DNA of 35,382 nucleotides from Minisyncoccota bacterium. Lineage in GTDB: Bacteria > Patescibacteriota > Minisyncoccia > Phycocordibacterales > UBA2100. Below, one piece after another: positions 1-6,820 of the stretch; within the stretch, counting starts at the first letter, position 1, and each line of letters starts with the position of its first letter. The translations under genes and the position numbers were made by a program. The DNA is taken from the NCBI GenBank assembly GCA_041675105.1, contig JBAYUL010000001.1, positions 1 to 35,382 of the forward strand, given 5' to 3'. The notes beneath the pieces are model-generated. The model was not told where the DNA came from and did no database searches. It saw only the letters and a program-made list of their open reading frames with translations.

Positions 1-1
1 C

Positions 2-1672
2 TTGCGTCGTCAGACGATTTGTCCGAACGCGTGCTACAACGTTACGATATCGATCTCACTTTCGGGGCTCAGTCTTAAGCTCGTTACCACGACAAAGAAC
101 AAATGCCCAAACCCCGACTCGCTTGGCGGCGCCATAAAGAATGTCTACTCGCAGATGCAGGCGCCGAATGACATTCGTAACTGTTCGGCTGATGGCAAGG
201 GGCCGCCCAGTGTGACACTGGAGTCGACGCCAATACCGACGAAGCTTTCCACCGAGCGAACCGTTGGACCGAAATCGCGCTGTGATCCAAATATCCTTAC
301 GACCATAGACACTTTTTCCAAAGGCAACATAGATGGAGGTTTCAATGCAGCGAGCGCGCTGCAAGACCCGAGCACGGCGACGGAGGACCTTTCCGCAAAA
401 CAAACAACGCCGACACCCTTTATTGGTGCGACCAACGGGAACGAGTCGCTCCTCAGTGCGTTCCAGGCAGCGGGCCTGACGAGAGCAGAAGCGGAGGCGG
501 TGATTCAGAAAGATCCCGTAGAAGCGGTGAACTACATCAATGCCATCACGACGAATGACCAGGAGAAATTGGCCGAAAGCGCAAAGAAACTGGGTCTGAA
601 TCCCGACCTGTCGCAGATCGATTCTCTTGCGGTAAAGCAGGCAGCGGAAGCAGGTGCGCGTGCGAGCGATGAGGAATTCACGCCGGCACCGGGTTCGACA
701 GATGAGACGTTCGGTGCGGAGCGCAAGGATACCGACATTAACCGCGCAAAATGCGCTATCGCGACGATAGAGAGCGGCAGCTGCGGCGGGAATTATGGCA
801 CCGTCGGGCCGCCGACAAGGACGGGAGCGCGTGCATACGGGAAATATCAGGTCATGGATTTTAATATTCCCTCCTGGACGTCTCAGGCGTGCGGGCAAGC
901 AATGAATACCGAACAATTCCGCGCGGATGGTGATTGTCAGGAGAAAGTATTCGAAAAAGTGTACGGTGGCTACGTTTCGTCGTGCGGAAGCTATGAGGCG
1001 GCAGCATCAAAATGGTTCAGCGGCAGATGCAACATCACGAATTCGAACGATGGGTACCTTTCGGTGCCGGGATATGTCGGTAAATTCGCGAAGATCTTCG
1101 GCAGCGATAACATGCCGTTCGGTGCCGCTGGCGCTCCGTACACGGGCGGCGGCAGTCCTTTCGCCAACGTGAATCCGTTCAATTCGTCCGGCTATCAGGA
1201 CCAGGTGGTCTGTACCGGGACCGGATATTGCTACCTGAGCAACTACGGCTCTTCATATCCGGGCCCGGTATCAACGGGATACCCGGTATCGACGGGCGCC
1301 CCCGTTTCGACCGGAAACCCGGTTTCGACAGGGCCTGTAGCGCAGCCGACTATTCCGAATCCGGTCATGCCGACAGGTACCGGTGTAGGGACCATTCCCG
1401 TTCCGGTCACTCCCGTCGCCGTTCTTCTGGTGCAGCCAAAAACGATCCGAAAAGGCGGGACCGCCAGCGTATCGTGGTCAAGCGTGGGAATGTCTGGCGA
1501 CCTGCCGTGCCAGCTTTTTTCCGGCACTTCATTTATCGCTCAAGGCAATGGCGGTTCTCGCAATTTCGATACTGCCGCCATCTCGGCAAGCAGCACCGTG
1601 ACCTTTACGCTGCAGTGTTTCTCCCTCTCGAACACACGAGTGCAGAAGACGGCAACGCTCCTCGTCGAATAA
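2..1672 (+). CDS. Secreted/cell-surface protein with a lysozyme-like (SLT-type transglycosylase) core, an xPVSTG repeat linker and a beta-rich C-terminal domain; probably 5'-partial
   Basis: Longest + ORF, open to the window edge; the TTG at 2 is unlikely to be the true start. 'CAIATIESGSCGGNYG...GARAYGKYQVM' resembles the catalytic Glu-Ser / G-x-Y-Q region of SLT/lysozyme-like enzymes. It is followed by a Gly/Pro-rich linker and a ~90-aa C-terminal domain. Confidence 0.6.
   Translation: MRRQTICPNACYNVTISISLSGLSLKLVTTTKNKCPNPDSLGGAIKNVYSQMQAPNDIRNCSADGKGPPSVTLESTPIPTKLSTERTVGPKSRCDPNILTTIDTFSKGNIDGGFNAASALQDPSTATEDLSAKQTTPTPFIGATNGNESLLSAFQAAGLTRAEAEAVIQKDPVEAVNYINAITTNDQEKLAESAKKLGLNPDLSQIDSLAVKQAAEAGARASDEEFTPAPGSTDETFGAERKDTDINRAKCAIATIESGSCGGNYGTVGPPTRTGARAYGKYQVMDFNIPSWTSQACGQAMNTEQFRADGDCQEKVFEKVYGGYVSSCGSYEAAASKWFSGRCNITNSNDGYLSVPGYVGKFAKIFGSDNMPFGAAGAPYTGGGSPFANVNPFNSSGYQDQVVCTGTGYCYLSNYGSSYPGPVSTGYPVSTGAPVSTGNPVSTGPVAQPTIPNPVMPTGTGVGTIPVPVTPVAVLLVQPKTIRKGGTASVSWSSVGMSGDLPCQLFSGTSFIAQGNGGSRNFDTAAISASSTVTFTLQCFSLSNTRVQKTATLLVE
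1261..1332 (+). repeat. 4 x 18-nt in-frame tandem repeat encoding (G/Y/A/N)PVSTG
   Basis: Read directly: GPVSTG YPVSTG APVSTG NPVSTG in the ORF 2..1672 frame. The nucleotide copies have diverged at synonymous positions. Confidence 0.85.
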
Positions 1673-1675
1673 GCT

Positions 1676-1975
1676 ATGGGATTTACCCGCAATAAGGAGA
1701 ATTTTGTCTGCGGACATTGCGGCGCGGCGGTCGCCGGCGATGGATACACCAATCATTGTCCGCAGTGCTTATGGAGCAAGCACGTAGATGTCGATCCCGG
1801 TGACCGTATGGCAACATGCGACGGCCTCATGGAACCGGTGTCGCTCGAAGGATCGACCCCTGATTACGTGATTACACAGCGCTGTGTTCGCTGTGGCCAC
1901 GTTCGTCGCAACAAGCTGCAAACGGGCGATTCACCGGACGCCGTCATCGCGCTTGCAAAAAAACAGGCGCGGTAA
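1676..1975 (+). CDS. RNHCP-domain zinc-ribbon protein
   Basis: 99-aa ORF starting 4 nt after the upstream stop. Has Cys pairs CGHC / CPQC / CVRC and the 'YTNHCPQCLWSKH' signature typical of the RNHCP family. Confidence 0.75.
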   Translation: MGFTRNKENFVCGHCGAAVAGDGYTNHCPQCLWSKHVDVDPGDRMATCDGLMEPVSLEGSTPDYVITQRCVRCGHVRRNKLQTGDSPDAVIALAKKQAR

Positions 1976-1996
1976 TGTCACGGCTGCGCAATTTGA

Positions 1997-2002
1997 TATA
2001 CT
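1997..2002 (+). promoter_or_regulatory. -10-like box TATACT, 6 nt upstream of ATG 2009 (leaderless-type arrangement)
   Basis: Sequence gaTATACTagaagtATG; same geometry as at least 11 other genes in this window. Confidence 0.35.
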
Positions 2003-2008
2003 AGAAGT

Positions 2009-2155
2009 ATGGTACCGCAAGAAGAAGACAGAGGAGTCGAATCGGGCGAGGAAAGCGTCATCATCGATGGCAAGGAGGTCATCAAACATGTTGAACACGA
2101 AATCGATGGTATCGGTGAACCCGCTGCTCCGGAAGACGACATCGCCGGAGACTGA
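2009..2155 (+). CDS. Small acidic protein (48 aa), hypothetical
   Basis: Below the ORF-track size cut-off. Translated by hand: MVPQEEDRGVESGEESVIIDGKEVIKHVEHEIDGIGEPAAPEDDIAGD*. A TATACT box lies 6 nt upstream and the stop is 2 nt before the next gene's ATG (2158). It fills an otherwise empty 180-nt gap. Confidence 0.35.
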   Translation: MVPQEEDRGVESGEESVIIDGKEVIKHVEHEIDGIGEPAAPEDDIAGD

Positions 2156-2157
2156 GC

Positions 2158-2748
2158 ATGTCAAGAAAGATCTTCCTTTTACTGGGACATCCGGACCGTT
2201 CGGGCTTGTGCGGGGAATTCGCAGACGCATACGAAAAGGCCGCGCGCGCAGCGGGGCATACGGTCGACCGAATGAATATCGGAGAGATGCGTTTCGACCC
2301 GATATTGCATCGCGGTTACCGCGAGAGGCAGGAGCTTGAGCCGGATCTAGTGCGTTTTCAACAGCTCGTGACCAATGCGGAGCACTTTGTCATCGTACAT
2401 CCCATCTGGTGGGTGGGGATGCCCGCGATACTCAAGGGCCTGTTCGATCGCGCGTGGCTGCCCGGTTCGGCATTTCGATATATCAAAACGAAGCACGGTC
2501 ATCGGACCATATTTTGGCACCGCCTCTTTCGGGGCAGATCGGCCCGTATCATTGTGACGAGCGGCACGGCGCCGCTTTTGGTCCGCTTCCTGCCCGGCAA
2601 TGTGAATGCGGAGCTTAAATGGGGGATACTCTGGTTCTCAGGATTCAAAGTGCGCGCGTCGTGGTTCGGTCCCGCGGAGACGGCACACGAGGCGCGAAAG
2701 CAACACTGGTTGAAAAAAGTGAGCGAACTCGGACGCAAGGGGATATAA
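2158..2748 (+). CDS. Flavodoxin-like-fold NAD(P)H dehydrogenase (quinone)/FMN reductase family protein
   Basis: 'KIFLLLGHPDRSGLCGEFADAY' and 'HFVIVHPIWWVGMPAILKGLFDR' match the Flavodoxin_2 (KefF/MdaB/NQO-like) pattern. A GGAGAC SD lies ~7 nt upstream. Confidence 0.8.
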   Translation: MSRKIFLLLGHPDRSGLCGEFADAYEKAARAAGHTVDRMNIGEMRFDPILHRGYRERQELEPDLVRFQQLVTNAEHFVIVHPIWWVGMPAILKGLFDRAWLPGSAFRYIKTKHGHRTIFWHRLFRGRSARIIVTSGTAPLLVRFLPGNVNAELKWGILWFSGFKVRASWFGPAETAHEARKQHWLKKVSELGRKGI

Positions 2749-2773
2749 AAAAGGGCGACCTGGTCGGCCGCCC
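2747..2773 (-). terminator. Rho-independent terminator candidate for the small minus-strand ORF
   Basis: On the minus strand: GGGCG-(11 nt loop)-CGCCC followed by TTTTTTAT, about 30 nt downstream of the stop at 2811. Confidence 0.4.
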
Positions 2774-2810
2774 GTCGCAACGCCGGTACGTCTTCTTAGT
2801 GTCGCTGCCC

Positions 2811-2948
2811 TTATTGTGGAAAGCAAGCGTAGACGATAAGGGCAAGCGAGAGCGCGATGGCGGCCAATCCTGCAATGCCGCCGTAACTCCGGTCTTTGCG
2901 CAGAAACGGTGCCTTTTGAGTTCCCTCGATGCATCGCGGGGTGCTCAT
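2811..2948 (-). CDS. Small membrane protein (45 aa), hypothetical
   Basis: Not in the ORF track. Hand translation: MSTPRCIEGTQKAPFLRKDRSYGGIAGLAAIALSLALIVYACFPQ*. A strong SD (GGGAGG) lies 5 nt upstream of the ATG. Has one hydrophobic helix and a downstream terminator-like hairpin. Confidence 0.45.
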   Translation of the reverse strand: MSTPRCIEGTQKAPFLRKDRSYGGIAGLAAIALSLALIVYACFPQ

Positions 2949-3036
2949 GACGTCCTCCCTGCTTGAAGAGCCGACTCATCCGGTGAACCCAGAACGAGCG
3001 ACCAGCAAAACTATGGCATACACCCGACTTTTCCGC

Positions 3037-3042
3037 TAGTAT
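3037..3042 (+). promoter_or_regulatory. -10-like box TAGTAT, 6 nt upstream of ATG 3049
   Basis: ccgcTAGTATgtgccgATG; supports ATG 3049 over GTG 3043 as the ychF start. Confidence 0.35.
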
Positions 3043-3048
3043 GTGCCG

Positions 3049-4149
3049 ATGTCACTCTCAGTCGGTATCGTAGGTCTTCCAAACGTCGGAAAATCGACGC
3101 TTTTTAATGCATTGACGAAGAAAGGAGTACCAGCCGAAAATTATCCCTTCTGCACCATTGACCCCTCGGTCGGCGTCGTAGCGGTACCCGACCATCGTCT
3201 TCAGGCTCTCAGCAAGATGTCGAATACCCAGAAGATCGTTCCCGCTATCGTCGAGTTCGTGGATATCGCGGGTCTGGTCAAAGGAGCTTCGGAAGGGGAA
3301 GGGCTTGGGAATCAATTTTTGCAGCATATCCGCGAAGTGGATGCCATCGCTGAGGTGGTACGCATGTTCGATGACGAAGACGTGCATCACGTAGCGGGGC
3401 AAGTGGATCCGCTTCACGATATCGAGATCATCGATATGGAGCTGGTGCTCGCGGACCTACAATCGGTCGAGAAGCGACTCGACCGTGTTGAGCGCGACTC
3501 AAAGGGTGGAGATAAGGAATTGCTGGCAGAACGCGACGCACTTCTCAAAATAGTGCCCGCCCTTAAGGAAGGAAAGGCGGCGAGAACCGTAGAGCTGAAT
3601 GAAAAGGAACTTGCCGCGCTTCACACGCTCCATTTGCTTACAATGAAGCCGATCTTGTACGTACTCAACAGAAAGGCGGGTACCGTGAATGTGGATGCCG
3701 AGAATGGCGAGCGTTGGCGCGAGCTGAGAGATTTCTTCGACCGCGCACACGCGCAGTATGTGATCGTCGACGCGGGGGTGGAGAGCGATCTTTCCGATGT
3801 TCACGATGACGAGCGGCCTGATTTTCGACGCGAACTCGGAGTAGCGGACGATGGCATCGATGCGCTCATCAAGGGCAGCTATTCGTTGCTGAATCTTATT
3901 TCATACTTTACGACGGGTGAGAAAGAGACGCGCGCATGGACTATTACAAGAGGCGCGACCGCGCCGGAAGCAGGGGCAGCAATTCACACCGATTTTCGCG
4001 ATAAGTTCATCCGCGCAGAGGTGATCGCGTGGGACAAGCTGCTTGAGATCGGCTCATGGAGCGGAGCCCGCGACAAAGGTCAGATCCGTTCTGAAGGAAA
4101 AGAATACGTGGTCCAGGACGGGGATGTGATGGAGTTCAGACACAGCTAG
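3049..4149 (+). CDS. ychF: Ribosome-binding ATPase YchF (Obg-like GTPase family)
   Basis: 'VGIVGLPNVGKSTLFNALT' P-loop, 'FVDIAGLVKGAS' G3 motif and a C-terminal TGS-like 'FIRAEVIAWD...KGQIRSEGKEYVVQDGDVMEFR'. The ORF track starts at GTG 3043. Confidence 0.95.
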   Translation: MSLSVGIVGLPNVGKSTLFNALTKKGVPAENYPFCTIDPSVGVVAVPDHRLQALSKMSNTQKIVPAIVEFVDIAGLVKGASEGEGLGNQFLQHIREVDAIAEVVRMFDDEDVHHVAGQVDPLHDIEIIDMELVLADLQSVEKRLDRVERDSKGGDKELLAERDALLKIVPALKEGKAARTVELNEKELAALHTLHLLTMKPILYVLNRKAGTVNVDAENGERWRELRDFFDRAHAQYVIVDAGVESDLSDVHDDERPDFRRELGVADDGIDALIKGSYSLLNLISYFTTGEKETRAWTITRGATAPEAGAAIHTDFRDKFIRAEVIAWDKLLEIGSWSGARDKGQIRSEGKEYVVQDGDVMEFRHS

Positions 4150-4199
4150 AGAAACATACCGACCCATGGTCGTTGGCGGACGTAGAATATCATTAAGAA

Positions 4200-4224
4200 G
4201 ATCGCCCGCGGGCTGCGGGCGATC
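4200..4224. terminator. Perfect 10-bp hairpin between convergent genes
   Basis: GATCGCCCGC-gggct-GCGGCGATC-type perfect stem (4200-4209 pairs with 4215-4224). On the minus strand it is followed by TTCTTAAT; there is no T-run on the plus strand. Confidence 0.55.
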
Positions 4225-4235
4225 ACGTCGTGACA

Positions 4236-4592
4236 TCAGTCGCGAACATTGGATACGTCGGTGACCCTTGCCTCCACGCGCTGACAAAACCAATGCTCGT
4301 GAATGCGCGCGCTCACGATAAATGTTGCCTCAGGGGCAGCAATGGCAAGGTGCTTCTTGATCTCAGGCACCTCGATCATATAGGCTCTAATATGGAGACG
4401 CATCGCAGTTTTCCAGCCGAGGCACGAGCTTTCCACGAGCCTTGTCTTGTCCCAGTCGATCACACGATCTCTTCGCATCACGCTCGGTGCAACTAGCCAC
4501 GAGTGCGTAAACTGAGGTTCTGAGTCTGGGGGTTGAGCGCAGCTTGTGACGATCAGCGCGATGCTTAGCGACGCTGCTTGGAGTAGGCGCAT
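4236..4592 (-). CDS. Hypothetical lipoprotein
   Basis: N-terminal signal peptide with lipobox 'LIVTS-C' (MRLLQAASLSIALIVTSC). A GGGG SD-like element lies ~9 nt upstream. No recognisable domain. Confidence 0.6.
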   Translation of the reverse strand: MRLLQAASLSIALIVTSCAQPPDSEPQFTHSWLVAPSVMRRDRVIDWDKTRLVESSCLGWKTAMRLHIRAYMIEVPEIKKHLAIAAPEATFIVSARIHEHWFCQRVEARVTDVSNVRD

Positions 4593-4789
4593 GGGAGTTT
4601 CCCCGTATGTTGAGTGATTTCCGCACAGATGAAATCACGACGTGCACAACGTGTCAAGTGTGTGGTGCCTCGTTCGGAGAAGAGGTTGGGTAATGGCCGT
4701 AATTCACCTGCTCGCACTTAAATAGACCGAGGAAAAACCGCGGACTATCGTCAAGCAGTGTGCAATGTATGAGGCAAATGGTGTGAAGG

Positions 4790-4827
4790 CAAAAAATTGG
4801 GTCCCCGGCACGAGCAGCGCCGGGGAC
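4790..4827 (-). terminator. Rho-independent terminator of the OMP gene
   Basis: 9-bp stem GTCCCCGGC / GCCGGGGAC (4801-4809 / 4819-4827). On the minus strand it is followed by CCAATTTTTTG, 25 nt after the stop at 4852. Confidence 0.7.
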
Positions 4828-4851
4828 TTTATTGATTCGCTCGCGCTGCGA

Positions 4852-5586
4852 TCAGAGCGAGAACTTCCAGAGCGCGTAGGCCAGCACCTTGTCGACATCG
4901 GCCTTGATGTCGTGGCGGAACGTGTACAGATTGTCCGCGGTGCTCGACTTGAGCGCTGTGTAGTAGCCCTTCTGGTACTCGAAGCCGAAAACGAGGTAGT
5001 CGAACGGCGCGTACTTGAAGCCGGCGAGCAGCATCGGGCCGACGGCGCCGTAATCGTTGCACGTCGTCGAGTTGTAGCCGGGGAAGCTGAACCGCTCGCA
5101 TGCCGACAGCACGCCGTAGTTCAGGCCGCCGCCGACGTAGAGCGCGTAGCGATTGAAGGCGACGCCGATCGTGCCAGCAGCGGTGCCGGACCACTTGAGC
5201 GAGGTCGAAAGCAGGTCGCTGTAGCCGCAGCCGGTGCACGCGAGTTCCTTGGAACCGGTGATGTTCGACTTCTCGTAGGCGACGAATGCGCCGACGACGA
5301 GCCATTGCCACTGGTAGTCGAATCCGGCGCGGACGCCAAAGAAACGGCCCTTCATGTCGAACGAATTATCGGTGGCCCCGGAGAAGGCCGGGAAGCCGGA
5401 ATAATTGTAACTCGACGTGTCGGAATTGTTGGCGGCCGCGGTGCCGCCGTAGGCGCCGATGGTGATGCCGGTCCAGCTGAACGGAGCAGTGCTCTGATAG
5501 CCTTTGGTGAGGTCGGCGGCGGAAGCGGCGGAACACGAAGCGATGAGCGCAGCGGCCGCAATTGCGGTTTTGAGCCGTGAAAGCAT
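4852..5586 (-). CDS. Outer-membrane beta-barrel protein, Omp25/Omp31-like (OMP_b-brl type)
   Basis: Signal peptide ending 'ASAADL', 'APFSWTGITIGAYGG', repeated amphipathic beta-strand pattern ('GVRAGFDYQW', 'ALYVGGGLNYG', 'LLAGFKYAP', 'LVFGFEYQKG') and an aromatic C-terminus 'LWKFSL'. A GGGGGA SD is present. Codon third positions are strongly G/C. Confidence 0.8.
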   Translation of the reverse strand: MLSRLKTAIAAAALIASCSAASAADLTKGYQSTAPFSWTGITIGAYGGTAAANNSDTSSYNYSGFPAFSGATDNSFDMKGRFFGVRAGFDYQWQWLVVGAFVAYEKSNITGSKELACTGCGYSDLLSTSLKWSGTAAGTIGVAFNRYALYVGGGLNYGVLSACERFSFPGYNSTTCNDYGAVGPMLLAGFKYAPFDYLVFGFEYQKGYYTALKSSTADNLYTFRHDIKADVDKVLAYALWKFSL

Positions 5587-5711
5587 GCTATTTCCCCCAT
5601 ATGGAGTACGTTAAGATCAGGAAGCCGGGATGGCAGTCCAGCGTCTATTATAGCATATCATTGACATAGCGTCAATAATCACGCCTGCAAAGTTAGCTCG
5701 CAATAGAGCGC

Positions 5712-5717
5712 TATACT
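5712..5717 (+). promoter_or_regulatory. -10-like box TATACT, 6 nt upstream of ATG 5724
   Basis: gcgcTATACTagtggcATG. Confidence 0.4.
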
Positions 5718-5723
5718 AGTGGC

Positions 5724-6677
5724 ATGGAAAAACCAAAAGTAACACCTAAGGACTTCGTGTTCTGGGTCGGGGCTATGGCCGCGCTCTACGGCGGCGTCGT
5801 TTCTTTTATCACCCTTATATTCGATTACATAAATCACGCATATCCGAATCCTGTGACGGGTGGGTATTACTATGATCCGTATTCGAGCAGCATCAGTTAT
5901 GAGACGGCGTCTCTCATCGTGCTCGCACCTGTATTCCTATTGCTCATGCGTCTCATACGCCGCGATATCGCGAACGATCCGACGAGGGGCGATATATGGA
6001 TCCGTCGCTGGGCACTTTTTCTCACACTGTTTCTCGCGGGTGCGACAATGGTCGTGGACCTCATCGTCCTACTGAATGCGTATCTGCAAGGAGAGGACCT
6101 CACGGTCGGTTTCTTGCTGAAAGTGCTCACGGTACTTCTCGTCGCCGGCCTTGGCTTCATGCACTTCATGGCGGATCTGTGGGGGTATTGGGAACGTGAG
6201 CGAGCGCGTGCGCGAATGGTCAATTGGGGAGTCGCCGTACTTGTTGTCTTTACGATAGTCGCCGGATTCTTTATTGTCGGCACTCCACAGCAAATGCGTC
6301 ATCTGAAACAGGACGCGCAGCGAGTACAGGATCTCCAGAATCTACAGTGGCAGGTGGTGAGTTATTGGCAACAGAAGCAAAAGCTTCCGACCACGCTCGA
6401 GCAGTTGAACGATCCGATAACGAACTACATCGTGCCGGTGGATCCGCAGACGAGGGAATCATACGAATACAAGTCAACGGGCGCGCTTGCGTTCCAGCTG
6501 TGCGCGACGTTCGCAGAGGTCGGCAACAGTGCGAATGATGGGCGCTCTGTCGCCAAGCCGGTAAGCGTCGACGGGGAGATCGCGCAAGACAATTGGCAGC
6601 ACGCGGCCGGTGATGTGTGTTTCGACCGCACCATAGATCCTGAGCGCTACCCTCCATTTAGCAAACAGACAAAATAG
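5724..6677 (+). CDS. DUF5671-type multi-pass membrane protein with an extracytoplasmic C-terminal domain
   Basis: 'KDFVFWVGAMAALYGGVVSFITLIFDYINHAYPN...YYYDPYSS...IRRWALFLTLFLAGATMVVDLIVLL' matches the DUF5671 pattern common in Parcubacteria, recalled from memory and not searched. Confidence 0.75.
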   Translation: MEKPKVTPKDFVFWVGAMAALYGGVVSFITLIFDYINHAYPNPVTGGYYYDPYSSSISYETASLIVLAPVFLLLMRLIRRDIANDPTRGDIWIRRWALFLTLFLAGATMVVDLIVLLNAYLQGEDLTVGFLLKVLTVLLVAGLGFMHFMADLWGYWERERARARMVNWGVAVLVVFTIVAGFFIVGTPQQMRHLKQDAQRVQDLQNLQWQVVSYWQQKQKLPTTLEQLNDPITNYIVPVDPQTRESYEYKSTGALAFQLCATFAEVGNSANDGRSVAKPVSVDGEIAQDNWQHAAGDVCFDRTIDPERYPPFSKQTK

Positions 6678-6699
6678 TTGGGATAGCCCCGTGGTCATT

Positions 6700-6724
6700 A
6701 AACGCCTCTTTTAGAGGCGTTTTG
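6700..6724 (+). terminator. Rho-independent terminator
   Basis: AAACGCCTCT-ttt-AGAGGCGTTT perfect stem followed by T residues, 23 nt after the stop at 6677. Confidence 0.8.
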
Positions 6725-6820
6725 GCCGTGATACGCTGGTACGAACATGAAGTACCCCGGTACCACAACCTCGCAGGCTCGGTTGGCTACGGGGCAGGCG
6801 ACCGCAAGACCAAATGTAAT

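Noticed and set aside
56-916. Long antisense or alternative-frame ORFs. Examples: 56..916(-), 4765..5580(+), 6698..7378(-), 7931..8593(-), 10242..11588(+), 11732..12412(-), 13580..14263(-), 28234..28980(-).
   Set aside because: Each lies entirely within a well-supported gene on the opposite strand or in another frame. Their translations are Arg/Pro/Ser/Gly-rich low-complexity sequence, typical of shadow ORFs in GC-rich DNA, and they lack start signals.
1884-2339. The 151-aa plus-strand ORF spanning the RNHCP / flavodoxin-like intergenic region.
   Set aside because: It overlaps two supported genes in other frames. Its product is Arg/Ser-rich and it has no start context. The small acidic ORF 2009..2155 fits the local signals better.
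6722-6820. N-terminal extensions proposed by the ORF track: leuS from TTG 6722, the M23 peptidase to 25561, scpA to 32600, rep to 19815, cysS to 11687.
   Set aside because: The extensions overlap the upstream gene, a terminator or a hairpin. They translate to non-homologous Arg-rich sequence, and canonical N-termini begin at the internal ATGs used here.
6725-6820. A T-box riboswitch or leader upstream of leuS.
   Set aside because: Only ~95 nt separate the terminator from the ATG. No T-box consensus (AGGGTGGTACCGCG-like) or terminator/antiterminator pair is visible.
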